Assembly: GCA_965214605.1 (NCBI GenBank)
Contig: OZ243961.1
Span: 512,001-576,000, forward strand
DNA length: 64,000 nucleotides
Direction: 5' to 3'
Source of the DNA: an uncultured Candidatus Binatia bacterium
GTDB taxonomy: Bacteria > Desulfobacterota > Binatia > Bin18
The translations under genes were made by a program, and so were the position numbers. Shown here one piece after another: positions 39,572-50,432 of this stretch (position 1 is the stretch's first letter; the number at the start of each line of letters is the position of its first letter). The notes beneath the pieces are model-generated. The model had not been told where the DNA came from, did no database searches, and was given only the letters and a program-made list of their open reading frames with translations.

Positions 39572-40369
39572 ATGGTAGCAGTTCAAGAACAAACCGTCAG
39601 CGTGTGGAAAAACCAGATCAATCCCAGAGTGCAGGTCGCCGGCAGCGGCCCACCGGTGGTATTCCTGCACGGCGCCTACGGGCTGACCTGGGACCCGTTT
39701 CTGGATGGTCTGGCCAAGAATTTTACGGTCTACGCGCCCGAGCATCCTGGTACGACCGAGGGCGATCCGGACGGTATTAAAGCGCTGGATAATTTGTGGG
39801 ATCTGGTACTGTATTACGATGAGCTGTTCGGGCAGCTTGGTCTGCAAAATCCCGCCATTATCGGTCATTCGTTCGGTGGGATGGTCGCGGCGGAGATCGC
39901 GGCGAATTATCCACAGCGGGTCGGCAAACTCGTGCTGGTGAGCCCGATTGGTCTGTGGCGGGACGATATCCCGGTAAAAAACTGGATGATCCTGCCGCTG
40001 GAAGAGGTCGTCAAAGCCGCGCTCTATGATCAGAGCGGCCCCCTCGCCCAGCAGATGCTGACCGTGCCAGAAGATGAACAGGCCGCCCAAGACGCCCAAA
40101 TTCGCCTGACCTGGGCACTGGCCTGCACCGGAAAATTCATCTGGCCAATCCCGGATAAGGGACTCAAGAAACGTATCCATCGGATTGTGTCACCGACCCT
40201 GATCGTATGGGGCAGCGAGGATAAGCTCGTGCCCCCCGTCTATGCGCAAGAGTTTGGGAGTCGGATTATCGACTCGCGAATCGAAATGATCGAGCAAGCG
40301 GCCCACATTCCCCAGCTGGAACAGCTCCAGCGGGTCTCGGCCCTGCTTCAGGATTTTCTTCAATCGTAA
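39572..40369 (+). CDS. Alpha/beta hydrolase
   Basis: [26 protein letters not shown]. Confidence 0.9.
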   Translation: MVAVQEQTVSVWKNQINPRVQVAGSGPPVVFLHGAYGLTWDPFLDGLAKNFTVYAPEHPGTTEGDPDGIKALDNLWDLVLYYDELFGQLGLQNPAIIGHSFGGMVAAEIAANYPQRVGKLVLVSPIGLWRDDIPVKNWMILPLEEVVKAALYDQSGPLAQQMLTVPEDEQAAQDAQIRLTWALACTGKFIWPIPDKGLKKRIHRIVSPTLIVWGSEDKLVPPVYAQEFGSRIIDSRIEMIEQAAHIPQLEQLQRVSALLQDFLQS

Positions 40370-40383
40370 CTCAGAGGAAGACC

Positions 40384-41625
40384 ATGGGACACGCTTTGGA
40401 CCAAATCCGTGTGCTGGACATGACCCACGTCCAGATGGGGCCTTCTGCGACCCAGATCCTGGCTTGGCTCGGCGCCGATGTCATCAAGGTCGAATTACCG
40501 GGCCGGGGTGATATCACCCGTCAGCAGCTCCGGGACCTCTCTGACGTCGACAGCCTGTATTTTACCATGCTCAACTGTAACAAGCGCAGCATCACTATCA
40601 ACACCAAGACCAACAAGGGTCAGACGATCTTTCGTAAACTCATTGAGGTCTGTGATGTGCTGGTGGAAAATTTTGCGCCCGGCGCTATGGACCGACAGGG
40701 CTTCAGTTGGGACGTCATCCAGCAAATCAATCCCCGCCTGATCTATGCCTCCGGCAAGGGGTTTGGCGCCGGTCCGTTCGTGGACTGCAAAGCGTATGAG
40801 CCCATCGCTCAGGCCATGGGGGGGGCCATGAGCACGACTGGCTGGGATGATGGCCCGCCGACGACGACCGGCGCCCAGATCGGAGATTCAGGGACCGGCA
40901 TTCACCTAGTTGCGGCTATTCTGGCAGCCCTCTTTCAGCGAGAGAAAACCGGCCGTGGTCAACGGGTCGAAGTTGCGATGCAGGACGCCGTGTTGAACCT
41001 GTGCCGAGTCAAGCTGCGCGACCAGCAGCGGCTGGCACACGGCCCTTTGAAGGAATATCCGCAATATCCTCACAGCACCTTCGGCGAGGCAGTGCCACGC
41101 TCCGGCAACGCGTCCGGTGGGGGTCATCCGGGCAAAGTGCTCAAATGTGAGCCCGGCGGTCCCAACGACTACATCTATGTAGTCATCCAGGCCCAGGTCT
41201 GGGAGCCGCTGATGAAACTCGTCGGACGCGCAGAGCTTATCGGCCATCCAGATTACGCCACCCCGGAGGCCCGCCTTCCACACCTTGAGGAGTGTTTCGA
41301 CATCGTCGAGAAATGGACGCGGACACACACCAAGTACGAAGCCATGAAACTCCTCAACGAAGTCAGCGTTCCCTGCGGCCCGGTTCTTGATATGAGAGAA
41401 TTGATAGAGGATGAGTCGCTTGCCGCACGGGACATGATGGTCGAGGTCGAACATCCTCAGCGCGGGAAATTCAAAACCGTCGGCTGCCCGCTGCAGCTCT
41501 CCGATTCACCGGTCGAGGTGAAGACCTCGCCACAACTTGGCGAGCATACCGAGGAAATCCTTAGGGAGTGTATCGGATACGGGGACAAGGACATCGAGGA
41601 GGCGCGGGCTGAAGACGCTATCTGA
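40384..41625 (+). CDS. frc: Formyl-CoA transferase-like protein
   Basis: [44 protein letters not shown] loop. Confidence 0.85.
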   Translation: MGHALDQIRVLDMTHVQMGPSATQILAWLGADVIKVELPGRGDITRQQLRDLSDVDSLYFTMLNCNKRSITINTKTNKGQTIFRKLIEVCDVLVENFAPGAMDRQGFSWDVIQQINPRLIYASGKGFGAGPFVDCKAYEPIAQAMGGAMSTTGWDDGPPTTTGAQIGDSGTGIHLVAAILAALFQREKTGRGQRVEVAMQDAVLNLCRVKLRDQQRLAHGPLKEYPQYPHSTFGEAVPRSGNASGGGHPGKVLKCEPGGPNDYIYVVIQAQVWEPLMKLVGRAELIGHPDYATPEARLPHLEECFDIVEKWTRTHTKYEAMKLLNEVSVPCGPVLDMRELIEDESLAARDMMVEVEHPQRGKFKTVGCPLQLSDSPVEVKTSPQLGEHTEEILRECIGYGDKDIEEARAEDAI

Positions 41626-41662
41626 AGCCGGGAGATTCCCGAATGGACGTCACAATCCATTT

Positions 41663-41980
41663 TTAAGACGCCCACGGTTCACCCAAACGGACAATCGCCG
41701 TCTGAGGTGAATACGGAGAAGAATAGAAGCCGATCCGGTAGCTTGACCCTGCCGCAATATCGGCCGGGGTCAATTCGACCCAGACCATATCTTGGGGGAC
41801 AAACGTATCTGTGTCGGGTGGGTCCGCGGTCGCATCAACGGCTGGGGGCTGCGTTGTGTGGAAGCGATGCACCCCAATGTCTAAGGGCCAGACGAGTGAC
41901 CCAAAAGGCCTCTCATATGCCGGCCGACCGCCTAATACCACCGGACGGTTTTCCCGCCGGACAAACCATACTTTTGCCAT
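41663..41980 (-). CDS. Hypothetical protein, 105 aa
   Basis: MAKVWFVRRE..., AAGGA upstream, fills the gap between genes. Confidence 0.5.
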   Translation of the reverse strand: MAKVWFVRRENRPVVLGGRPAYERPFGSLVWPLDIGVHRFHTTQPPAVDATADPPDTDTFVPQDMVWVELTPADIAAGSSYRIGFYSSPYSPQTAIVRLGEPWAS

Positions 41981-42082
41981 CCCGATTTTCCTTGCAGCGT
42001 CGCGCCTAAAGCCGTCCTTCAGTTGCCAGCTTCTAGGTAAGGTGATAATGGTGGCCGGACCGAGCAGACGGAGGTTGGTGTC

Positions 42083-42352
42083 ATGAAACAGAATACTCAT
42101 CCACAAGAATACAGACCGGTTGTTTTTCAGGACGCATCGGCACGATATGCCTTTCTGACCCGGTCGTGTGTGGAAACACACGATACCATCGAATGGGAAG
42201 ATGGCAAGAGCTATCCCCTATATAAACTCGATATATCTAGTGCTTCCCATCCTTTCTATACCGGGAAACAGCGTATCGTTGATACCGCCGGGCGGGTCGA
42301 ACGTTTCCGCCGCCGCTACGGGCTCAAGCATGAAGCCCAGGCCGAAGACTAG
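42083..42352 (+). CDS. rpmE2: 50S ribosomal protein L31 type B
   Basis: [30 protein letters not shown]; no CxxC. Confidence 0.95.
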   Translation: MKQNTHPQEYRPVVFQDASARYAFLTRSCVETHDTIEWEDGKSYPLYKLDISSASHPFYTGKQRIVDTAGRVERFRRRYGLKHEAQAED

Positions 42353-42465
42353 CTCTCCCTCCGTACTCCTGCCCGACAATACACATAAGGGACCCCTCCT
42401 CCCATCACTTGTGTGTATTGCTCGTGTCCATCCTCCATCGGCCCACTAAAAACCGAGGCGTCGGT

Positions 42466-43548
42466 ATGAGCGAGGCAAGCAATTTAGGTCACAAATTAAT
42501 CGAAGTTGAAAAGCGCTATCAAACGCTTGAGCAGCAACTCAGTGCATCTGAGGTTATCGCCAACACGAACAAATACGCCAAGCTGGCCAAGGAACATGCC
42601 GACCTGGGACGGGTAGTGACGTGTTTTCGCCAGTGGCGCAAAATAGACCAAGAGATACAAGGTAGCCAAGGCCTGCTCAATGATCCTGATCCAGATGTCC
42701 GAGCTCTGGCCAGAGAAGAGCTCGTTACCCTGCACCAGGACTACGCCGCCCTTGAGCAACAGCTGCGCCTCTTGCTGCTTCCCAAAGATCCGCTGGATGA
42801 AAAAAATGTGCTGTTAGAAATCCGGGCCGGCACCGGTGGCGAAGAGGCAAGCTTGTTTGCCGCCGACCTATGTCGGATGTATACCCGCTACGCCGAACAA
42901 AAAAACTGGCGGATGGAAGTGATGAGTTCAAACCCAACCGGTCTGGGTGGATTCAAGGAAATCGTCACCCTGATTGAGGGCGACGGAGCCTATAGTCGGC
43001 TGAAGTTTGAGGGCGGGGTCCATCGCGTCCAACGTATTCCAGAAACAGAAGCTTCGGGTCGGATTCATACCTCAGCTGTAACGGTGGCCGTTTTACCCGA
43101 GGCCGAGGATGTTGATGTCCACATTGATGAGAAAGATTTACGTATCGACGTGTATCGGTCCTCCGGTCCGGGTGGTCAGAGCGTCAACACCACAGACTCG
43201 GCCGTCCGTATCACCCACCTCCCCACCAACTCGGTGGTGATCTGTCAGGACGAAAAATCCCAACACAAGAACAAAGCCAAAGCGCTCAAAATCCTGCGCT
43301 CTCGACTGTTGGAAAAAGCACGCGAAGAGCAGCACCAAGAGATCGCCGCCTCGCGCCGCAGCATGGTCGGCTCGGGCGATCGCTCAGAACGGATTCGGAC
43401 GTATAATTTTCCACAGTCGCGGCTGACCGATCACCGAATTAACCTGACCCTCCATACCCTTGAACGAGTTTTAGAAGGCGAGCTTGATCCGATCGTGAAT
43501 GCCCTCACGACGTCCTATCAGGCGGAGGCGCTCAAAGCCGTCAGCTAA
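42466..43548 (+). CDS. prfA: Peptide chain release factor 1
   Basis: PET anticodon motif, [17 protein letters not shown]. Confidence 0.97.
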   Translation: MSEASNLGHKLIEVEKRYQTLEQQLSASEVIANTNKYAKLAKEHADLGRVVTCFRQWRKIDQEIQGSQGLLNDPDPDVRALAREELVTLHQDYAALEQQLRLLLLPKDPLDEKNVLLEIRAGTGGEEASLFAADLCRMYTRYAEQKNWRMEVMSSNPTGLGGFKEIVTLIEGDGAYSRLKFEGGVHRVQRIPETEASGRIHTSAVTVAVLPEAEDVDVHIDEKDLRIDVYRSSGPGGQSVNTTDSAVRITHLPTNSVVICQDEKSQHKNKAKALKILRSRLLEKAREEQHQEIAASRRSMVGSGDRSERIRTYNFPQSRLTDHRINLTLHTLERVLEGELDPIVNALTTSYQAEALKAVS

Positions 43549-43567
43549 GCCGAAGACGCCCCACCTC

Positions 43568-44443
43568 ATGACAGCAACACCCTTGTGGGATTCTTCACTG
43601 GCCGCCCTTCTGTCGCAAGCGACCGCTTTCCTGGCCGGGCATCACATTCCAACCCCGCGCCTCGACGCCGAGGTGTTGCTCGTCCATGTGATAGGTGGGA
43701 GTAAAACGGAGCTGTACGGGCGTTTGCGCACCGCGCTCGCTCCTCACCAGTGCAAGGCCTTCTGGCAGACAATCAGACGTCGCGCCCGGCGCGAGCCACT
43801 GCCGTATATTACCGGCGTTCAGGAGTTCTGGTCGCTCGAGTTCAGCGTGAACCACCACGTGCTCATTCCACGTCCCGAAACCGAGTTGGTGGTTGAGGTC
43901 GTCCTAGACGTGCTGGGCTCTTTTGCCGCGCCTCGGATCCTCGACCTGGGCACCGGCAGCGCGTGTCTTGCGGTTGCGCTTGCCACCCAGCGGCCGCAGG
44001 CTCGACTGTGGGCTTGCGATGTGTCTGCCGAGGCGCTGATGATAGCGCGCACCAATGCGCTCCATCATCGGGTGGCCGACCGGATCTCCTTTATGCAGGC
44101 TGATATGCGGGAGCGGCTTGCTAGCCCGTCGAGCTTTGACCTGATTGTCACCAATCCTCCCTATATCGCCGAGCCTGACTTCGCCACCCTCCAGGCCGAA
44201 GTCCGCGACTGGGAACCACGCCTGGCACTCAATGGGGGGAGGGATGGGCTAGATTTTTACCGCTGCTTGCTGCAAGACTGTCCGGTACAACTGCGGCGTG
44301 GGGGATGGCTCGTAATGGAGATCGGTGCCAGCCAGAGCGAGGCCGTCATGCATATGGCAAGAAGCCAAGACAGTCTGGGCGGCTGTAAGCTCAGCTACGA
44401 CTATGCTGGCCGGCCGCGCGTTGTTACCGTTCGCCGACAATAA
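43568..44443 (+). CDS. prmC: Release factor glutamine methyltransferase
   Basis: LIPRPETE, DLGTGS, NPPY. Confidence 0.95.
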   Translation: MTATPLWDSSLAALLSQATAFLAGHHIPTPRLDAEVLLVHVIGGSKTELYGRLRTALAPHQCKAFWQTIRRRARREPLPYITGVQEFWSLEFSVNHHVLIPRPETELVVEVVLDVLGSFAAPRILDLGTGSACLAVALATQRPQARLWACDVSAEALMIARTNALHHRVADRISFMQADMRERLASPSSFDLIVTNPPYIAEPDFATLQAEVRDWEPRLALNGGRDGLDFYRCLLQDCPVQLRRGGWLVMEIGASQSEAVMHMARSQDSLGGCKLSYDYAGRPRVVTVRRQ

Positions 44444-44487
44444 GCGCTTAGACGAACCCGGTCGAGAGGCGATGATGGGGGGAGGCG

Positions 44488-45786
44488 ATGGATAAGATGA
44501 TTATACGCGGAGGTCGGCCTCTCCACGGAGAGATTGAGGTCAGCGGATCGAAGAACGCAGCCCTGCCCTTTTTATTTGCCAGCCTGCTCACTGAGGAAGA
44601 GTGCCGGTTCACCAACATGCCCCGGGTGGTCGATATTCGGACCGCTCTGCACCTCTTGACCGAGATGGGGATCGCGGTGCAGTGGCGAGGCGACAACGAG
44701 GTTGCGCTGAGGGCTCAATCGGTTCAACACCTCGAAGCCCCGTACGAGCTGGTCAAGACTATGCGCGCCTCTTTTCTGGTCTTGGGTCCGATACTGGCGC
44801 GTTTTGGCCGGGCCAGAGTTTCAACACCCGGTGGTTGCGCCATTGGTACCCGGCCGGTTGATGTCCACCTGGCTGGTCTGCAACAGCTCGGAGCCACGAT
44901 CCGTCTGCAAGAAGGCTATGTTGAGGCCACGGCCAGCCGCCTGTGTGGCGCCCGGATCAGCCTGGATTTTCCGTCTGTTGGAGCTACTGAAAATCTCATG
45001 ATGGCGGCCACCCTGGCCGATGGCCCAAGCCAGATCGAAAACGCCGCCTGCGAGCCCGAAATTGTCGAATTGCAAGCTCTACTGAACGCGATGGGCGCGC
45101 GGGTCAGCGGTGCCGGAGGGCCGGTCATTCAGATTGACGGCGTGGCCTCGCTGCACGGTGCCGAGCGTGAGGTCATTCCAGACCGGGTCGAGGCCGGCAC
45201 CTTCCTGATCGCTGGGGCTATGACCTCGGGCCAGGTGTTTGTCCGCGGCGCGCGGACCGATCACCTTGACGCCTTTGTCCAAAAACTCCTGGCGGCAGGG
45301 GTCGAGCTGGAGACCCAGAGGGACGGTATTGCAGTCACCGGAGTCGGCCGGCCGAGCCAGGTCGATGTCATCACCTGGCCCTACCCCGGCTTCCCAACCG
45401 ACTTGCAGGCCCAGATGATGGCCCTGCTCACGCTTGGCGATGGTCGTAGCCTGATTACCGAGACTGTATTTGAAAATCGCTTCATGCACGTCCAGGAGCT
45501 GGCCCGTTTAGGGGCGGATATCCACATTCGCCATAACACCGCGGCGGTCAACGGCGTCGCGTTCCTGAGCGGCGCGCCGGTTATGGCAACCGATCTGCGG
45601 GCCAGCGTCTCTCTTATTCTGGCCGGCCTGGCGGCCCAGGGAAAGACTGAAGTCTCTCGCGTCTACCACCTGGACCGGGGCTATGAGCGTATTGAAGAAA
45701 AACTGTCGCAGCTAGGGGCGGATATTCGGCGGGTAGCGGCTAAAAAAGACGGGACCACGCAAGAGCTGAGACGCACAGTCCAATGA
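44488..45786 (+). CDS. murA: UDP-N-acetylglucosamine 1-carboxyvinyltransferase
   Basis: GSKNAALP, PGGCAIG, PGFPTDLQ, ATDLRA. Confidence 0.98.
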   Translation: MDKMIIRGGRPLHGEIEVSGSKNAALPFLFASLLTEEECRFTNMPRVVDIRTALHLLTEMGIAVQWRGDNEVALRAQSVQHLEAPYELVKTMRASFLVLGPILARFGRARVSTPGGCAIGTRPVDVHLAGLQQLGATIRLQEGYVEATASRLCGARISLDFPSVGATENLMMAATLADGPSQIENAACEPEIVELQALLNAMGARVSGAGGPVIQIDGVASLHGAEREVIPDRVEAGTFLIAGAMTSGQVFVRGARTDHLDAFVQKLLAAGVELETQRDGIAVTGVGRPSQVDVITWPYPGFPTDLQAQMMALLTLGDGRSLITETVFENRFMHVQELARLGADIHIRHNTAAVNGVAFLSGAPVMATDLRASVSLILAGLAAQGKTEVSRVYHLDRGYERIEEKLSQLGADIRRVAAKKDGTTQELRRTVQ

Positions 45787-47174
45787 CGGTTCCCCTACTC
45801 AACACATCTGATCCGGCCTGCGCACGCCGTCTAGACAGCCTGTTCACCAGGGGTGAACAGGCTAGCGATCGGGTTGAAGCCGAGGTCCGGGCGATTTTAC
45901 AAGACGTCAAACGCCAGGGAGACCGGGCACTGATCGCCGCCACCAAAAAGTTCGATCGGGTCCGTCTACGCCGTGACACCTTGCGTGTCACCGATCGGGA
46001 ACTTGACGCGGCGCTAGCTGGCCTGCCACGGTCCGAACGGACCGCCCTGCAGACCGCTGCCCGACGGATTGGCGCTTTTCACCGCAAACAGCGCCAATCC
46101 TCATGGCACTACACGGACCGGCTGGGCGTTGGCCTGGGACAGAAAATTACCCCGCTGGAACGGGTCGGCGTGTATGTTCCGGGCGGCAAAGCCGCCTACC
46201 CGTCTTCTGTGCTGATGAATATCATTCCGGCCAAAGTCGCTGGAGTAGAAGAAGTCGTGGTGGTCTCCCCGCCCTCAGCAGACGGCGAGCACTCAGGTCC
46301 GCAACCAGGCGTGCTGGCCGCGGCTCGTCTGGCCGGGGCCGATACGGTGTTTCGGCTGGGCGGTGCTCAGGCCATTGCCGCCTTAGCCTACGGAACCCAG
46401 AGCGTTCCCCGTGTGGATAAGATTGTCGGGCCAGGCAATATTTTTGTCGCCACGGCCAAGCGGCTGGTCTACGGTCAGGTTGATATTGATAGCGTGGCGG
46501 GTCCAAGTGAGATTCTGGTGATTGCCGATAGCACGGCCTCAGCCAGCTATATTGCGGCCGATATGCTGTCCCAGGCCGAGCATGACGAAATGGCAGCCCC
46601 GCTGTGTCTGACCACCTCGACACGGCTAGCTGAAGCTGTCGTCGAGGCGCTGAAAGGCCAATTGGCCACGCTCGCCCGCCGTACGATTGCTGCCGCATCG
46701 CTCAAGCGCTATGGAGCGGTGATCGTCGCTCGCGATCGAGCTGAGGTCGTGCGGCTGGCCAATGCCTTAGCCCCCGAACACGTTGAGCTCTTGGTCAAAA
46801 ATCCACGTTCGTGGCTGAAAGATATCCGCCACGCTGGCGCCATCTTTGTGGGTGCCTTGTCTACCGAGCCCTTTGGCGACTATATTGCTGGGCCAAACCA
46901 CATCCTGCCGACTGGGGGAACGGCACGGTTTTTCTCCCCGCTCGGCGTGTACGATTTTCTCAAGCGAACCAGTATTATCGAGGCATCGGCTCCGGCGTTG
47001 CGTAAGCTTGGTCCGCACGTTATGCGTCTGGCCGCCATGGAGGGGCTAGAGGCCCATGCTCGGGCAATTGCCTATCGTCTCAACGGAGGCCACTATGACA
47101 CGGCCAGCAACACCCTACAGCCAAGAAAGAGCACCACGCGCGACAACCCTGCATCGCGAAACAAACGAAACTGA
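45783..47174 (+). CDS. hisD: Histidinol dehydrogenase
   Basis: YVPGGKAAYPSSVLM, AGPSE, QAEHD, APEH, GPNHILPT. Confidence 0.97.
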   Translation: MTVPLLNTSDPACARRLDSLFTRGEQASDRVEAEVRAILQDVKRQGDRALIAATKKFDRVRLRRDTLRVTDRELDAALAGLPRSERTALQTAARRIGAFHRKQRQSSWHYTDRLGVGLGQKITPLERVGVYVPGGKAAYPSSVLMNIIPAKVAGVEEVVVVSPPSADGEHSGPQPGVLAAARLAGADTVFRLGGAQAIAALAYGTQSVPRVDKIVGPGNIFVATAKRLVYGQVDIDSVAGPSEILVIADSTASASYIAADMLSQAEHDEMAAPLCLTTSTRLAEAVVEALKGQLATLARRTIAAASLKRYGAVIVARDRAEVVRLANALAPEHVELLVKNPRSWLKDIRHAGAIFVGALSTEPFGDYIAGPNHILPTGGTARFFSPLGVYDFLKRTSIIEASAPALRKLGPHVMRLAAMEGLEAHARAIAYRLNGGHYDTASNTLQPRKSTTRDNPASRNKRN

Positions 47175-47718
47175 CATTCGGCTCAGTCTTGAGCTTGATG
47201 GGAGCGGTCAGTACCAGGTCACTACCGGCGTGCCCTTTCTCAACCATATGCTGGAATTGTTCACCCGGCATGGATTTTTTGATCTCACACTCCAGGCTAC
47301 GGGCGACGTCGAGATTGATGACCATCATACGGTTGAGGATATCGGACTAGCGCTAGGCGAAGCCTTTCGCATCGCGCTGGGTGACAAACGCGGTATTCGT
47401 CGCTTTGGCGAAGCCAGCGTGCCACTTGACGAAGCCCTAGTGAACTGTGTCGTCGACCTCAGCGGGCGGCCCTTCTTGGCGTATAATCTGTCCGTCCAGC
47501 AGGAACGGATTGGAACGTTTGCGACCGAGCTGATCCACGACTTTTTTCTGGCCTTTAGCAACCAACTCGGCATGAATCTGCACTTCAACATGACCCAGGG
47601 CCGCAATCCGCACCATATTATCGAAGCCGCCTTTAAGGCGTTTGCGCGAGCGCTAGGCAGTGCGGTCGAGTATGACCAGCGCGTAAAAGGGGTGTTATCA
47701 ACGAAAGGGGTGTTGTGA
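47095..47718 (+). CDS. hisB: Imidazoleglycerol-phosphate dehydratase
   Basis: DDHHTVED, NPHHIIEA, STKG; GGAGG before ATG 47095. Confidence 0.97.
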   Translation: MTRPATPYSQERAPRATTLHRETNETDIRLSLELDGSGQYQVTTGVPFLNHMLELFTRHGFFDLTLQATGDVEIDDHHTVEDIGLALGEAFRIALGDKRGIRRFGEASVPLDEALVNCVVDLSGRPFLAYNLSVQQERIGTFATELIHDFFLAFSNQLGMNLHFNMTQGRNPHHIIEAAFKAFARALGSAVEYDQRVKGVLSTKGVL

Positions 47719-48028
47719 AGCAGAGTTGATGAGGAGGTCTCAGACGCGGGGCCCTAAGACTCTCTCAGCCGTAGCCTTGCTCAATTGAAGGCTGCCCGCT
47801 CCACCCTGGACCAACAGAGCAGCGCGGTTTCATATATTGAGCTGCACCAAACGGCGCGCTCTCGCGCAGAGTGCGACCGGCGGCAACTTGACGTGGGAGA
47901 AGCCCGCCGAGCCGAACGCTCACAGAGGTCCTAACTGGACTAGTCACGCTCAGGGCCTCACGCCTAGGACCGGCCCAGACGTGAGGGATGTGTTTTTAAC
48001 GCCTTAGAAGAGATTGCATACCCTAAGT

Positions 48029-49102
48029 TCAATCCGGAAAATTGGACATGACTTCTTCCATCAGCATGCGCTGTGAGTTTTCCCAGCCCTCTCGATTCTC
48101 CAGTTGATCAAAGGTCAGGACCAGCAAACAGCCAAACCCGCCGGTGTCTTCAACCATCGCTCCCAGCTTATCGGTAACCGTTCGGGGGGAACCGACCAGC
48201 CATACGTACTCGGCCAGGTATTCCATAGTAACATCGGAATCCGGCACTTCGGGGTGGTGTTTGAACAGGCTGAGCATGCCAAACGACTTGAAGAGTGGCA
48301 GCAAATACTCGCTGTAGACACGGGCCAGCATGCCGTTGAGGGCCTTGTCCTTGGCTTCTTTGTCGGTTTCGGCGATATACACCTCACGCGACACGCGCCA
48401 GTCGCTGCGGGAAGCTCCCCGCCCAGCAGACTCCGCCCCCTCGACAACCGCTTCCCAGTGGGTTTTGAGATAGCCATTGCTCAGCGCGACGCTCATCGGC
48501 ATAAAACCGCTCGCACCACACATCTTGAGGGTGTCCGAGCCAGGCGTCAGACCGGCAATCCCAATCGGTGGATGGGGCTGTTGAAAGGGCTTGATGTGGA
48601 ACTTGAGGGTGTCCAACATCGTGTCAATCCGGTTGACCGTCCAGTAGTTACCTTTAAATTCAAACGGCTCTTCGCTCTCCCACAGTTTGAGAATAATATC
48701 CAAAGCCTCTTTGGTCATACGCCGGTTCTCGCCACCTGCCCCATCGACGTTGAATAGCTTCCAGTCGCTGGGCAGCCCACTCGTCCCCACCCCGAACATA
48801 AACCGTCCCTGGGCGATGTGATCCATAAAGGCGACGCGATGGGCGAGTTCGGCCGGATGGTGATAGGGAAGCAGATGGGCACCTGGACACAGCTTGATAT
48901 TCTGGGTGCGTTGCAAGCCTTGCGCAATCAGCAGATCAGGGGCGGGGTTGGGCTCCCACGGAGCAGTAAAATGCTCACCCAGCCAAGCTTCGTGGAAACC
49001 TAACTTGTCGACCAGTTCCAGATGGTCGAGATCCCACTGGTGACCGTCATAGAAACTTCTTTCGGGCGGATGCGAAGGCATCATAAACACGCCAGCTTTC
49101 AT
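48029..49102 (-). CDS. LLM-class flavin-dependent oxidoreductase
   Basis: EAWLGEH, LPYHHP, PFQQPHPPI. Confidence 0.92.
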   Translation of the reverse strand: MKAGVFMMPSHPPERSFYDGHQWDLDHLELVDKLGFHEAWLGEHFTAPWEPNPAPDLLIAQGLQRTQNIKLCPGAHLLPYHHPAELAHRVAFMDHIAQGRFMFGVGTSGLPSDWKLFNVDGAGGENRRMTKEALDIILKLWESEEPFEFKGNYWTVNRIDTMLDTLKFHIKPFQQPHPPIGIAGLTPGSDTLKMCGASGFMPMSVALSNGYLKTHWEAVVEGAESAGRGASRSDWRVSREVYIAETDKEAKDKALNGMLARVYSEYLLPLFKSFGMLSLFKHHPEVPDSDVTMEYLAEYVWLVGSPRTVTDKLGAMVEDTGGFGCLLVLTFDQLENREGWENSQRMLMEEVMSNFPD

Positions 49103-49480
49103 ACGTCCTCCTTAAGAGACACCTTATTTCTTCCTCATAACTTCATCCTGGGCGTCACGCAAGGCCTACCGGAGCCATGCCAGGAAGCTTGCACGGCGTT
49201 TAATGAGGATGCTGCGGGGGACCGGTCGCTGCTCCCCCGCAGAAGAACAGCCTCGAAGCTCGCGATTCGGAAAACAAGCCGGGGGCGCCGGACGACGAGC
49301 ATATCCAGGGGTTGTGTCCGGGGAACCGGGGCGTCAATTGTGCCGGGGCGGAGGAACAGGAACTTTCACTATTACCTGACTCGCCGCTACAAGCTCTACG
49401 CTCTTTAAACTCCGCCGGTTCGCCTGCTGTGTCACTCTAGCCACCTATTGTCTTCACGTCCAAACGGAGGAAACCGTCCC

Positions 49481-50411
49481 ATGCAACGACTCCGCTTCAC
49501 CATCTTGATCCTGACCTTGGCCGGGTGGGTCATTCCCCGATCGTATGGCCCGGCGGTTCACCGTGGCTCCCGGCTCCTTCATCCGGAAATATCGCCGTGT
49601 CCTACACCTAGACGGCAGACGACTACCTCCGTAAGACCTCTCCAACCAGCTCGGTCAAGACGGTCTCGACACCGGGGGCAAAAACCTCTAGCAGCACACC
49701 ATCTGGTTTGATGTCAACTATGGCTTGTTTGAGTCGGCCGCTCTTGATACACGCCTAGGATATGCAGAGAGTCATATGGTTGCCGATCCGATCAAAGAAC
49801 GCAGCCCCAGCGGCCTGGCCGACGTGAGCTTCGGCGTCACCTACCGCCTGCTTGACGAGATGATTAGCGAGAACGAGCTGCTGCCAAGTGTGGTCCTGCG
49901 TCTCGGCGGGCTCATTGGCGGCGACTACGAAACGGGCGCGATCAATTCGCTTGGCGATGGCGGCGACGGGTTCGAGATTTCGGGCTTGGCCGGAAAGTTT
50001 TTCGCCGACTGCTTCGCCCTGTCCGCCGAGCTCGGTTCCCGTAACCGCAATAATGACATCCCGGACAACCTGTTTTTGAGGCTGTCCGGCGGCGTCCTGT
50101 GGAACCGCTTAGGGCTGAGCATCAACTATGAGCGTATCGACACGCCGTGGGGCAGCCTAGATATTGGCTCGGGCGAGTCCCCCGGCGTCTTTATCCCAGC
50201 CCGATTTCCTGAGGTGAAAGAAGAGCTGCAACTCCTCGGTGGCGGTCTCAGCGTCGCACTCACTGACCAGATTACCCTTGGTCTGGCCTATACTGCCGTC
50301 GTTGACGGCCGCACCACTGCCGATTCTGACGTGTTCAGCGTGTCGCTCGGTTACTCCGTTCGACACCTTCTGAGCAGGGGTGTAACTTCAACGCTGACGT
50401 CGCCCGGATAG
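49481..50411 (+). pseudogene. Disrupted outer-membrane beta-barrel gene (MetA-pathway/SphA-like)
   Basis: Signal-like MQRLRFTILILTL, frameshift and TAG near 49610, then GLADVSFGVTYRL, LGDG, SVSLGYS beta-strand pattern. Confidence 0.6.
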
Positions 50412-50432
50412 CGGGGCTGGGGGAATCACAGG

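Noticed and set aside
47719-48028. Possible small gene or RNA after hisB
   Set aside because: No start or family signal; only a CCTCACG/CGTGAGG hairpin consistent with a terminator between convergent genes
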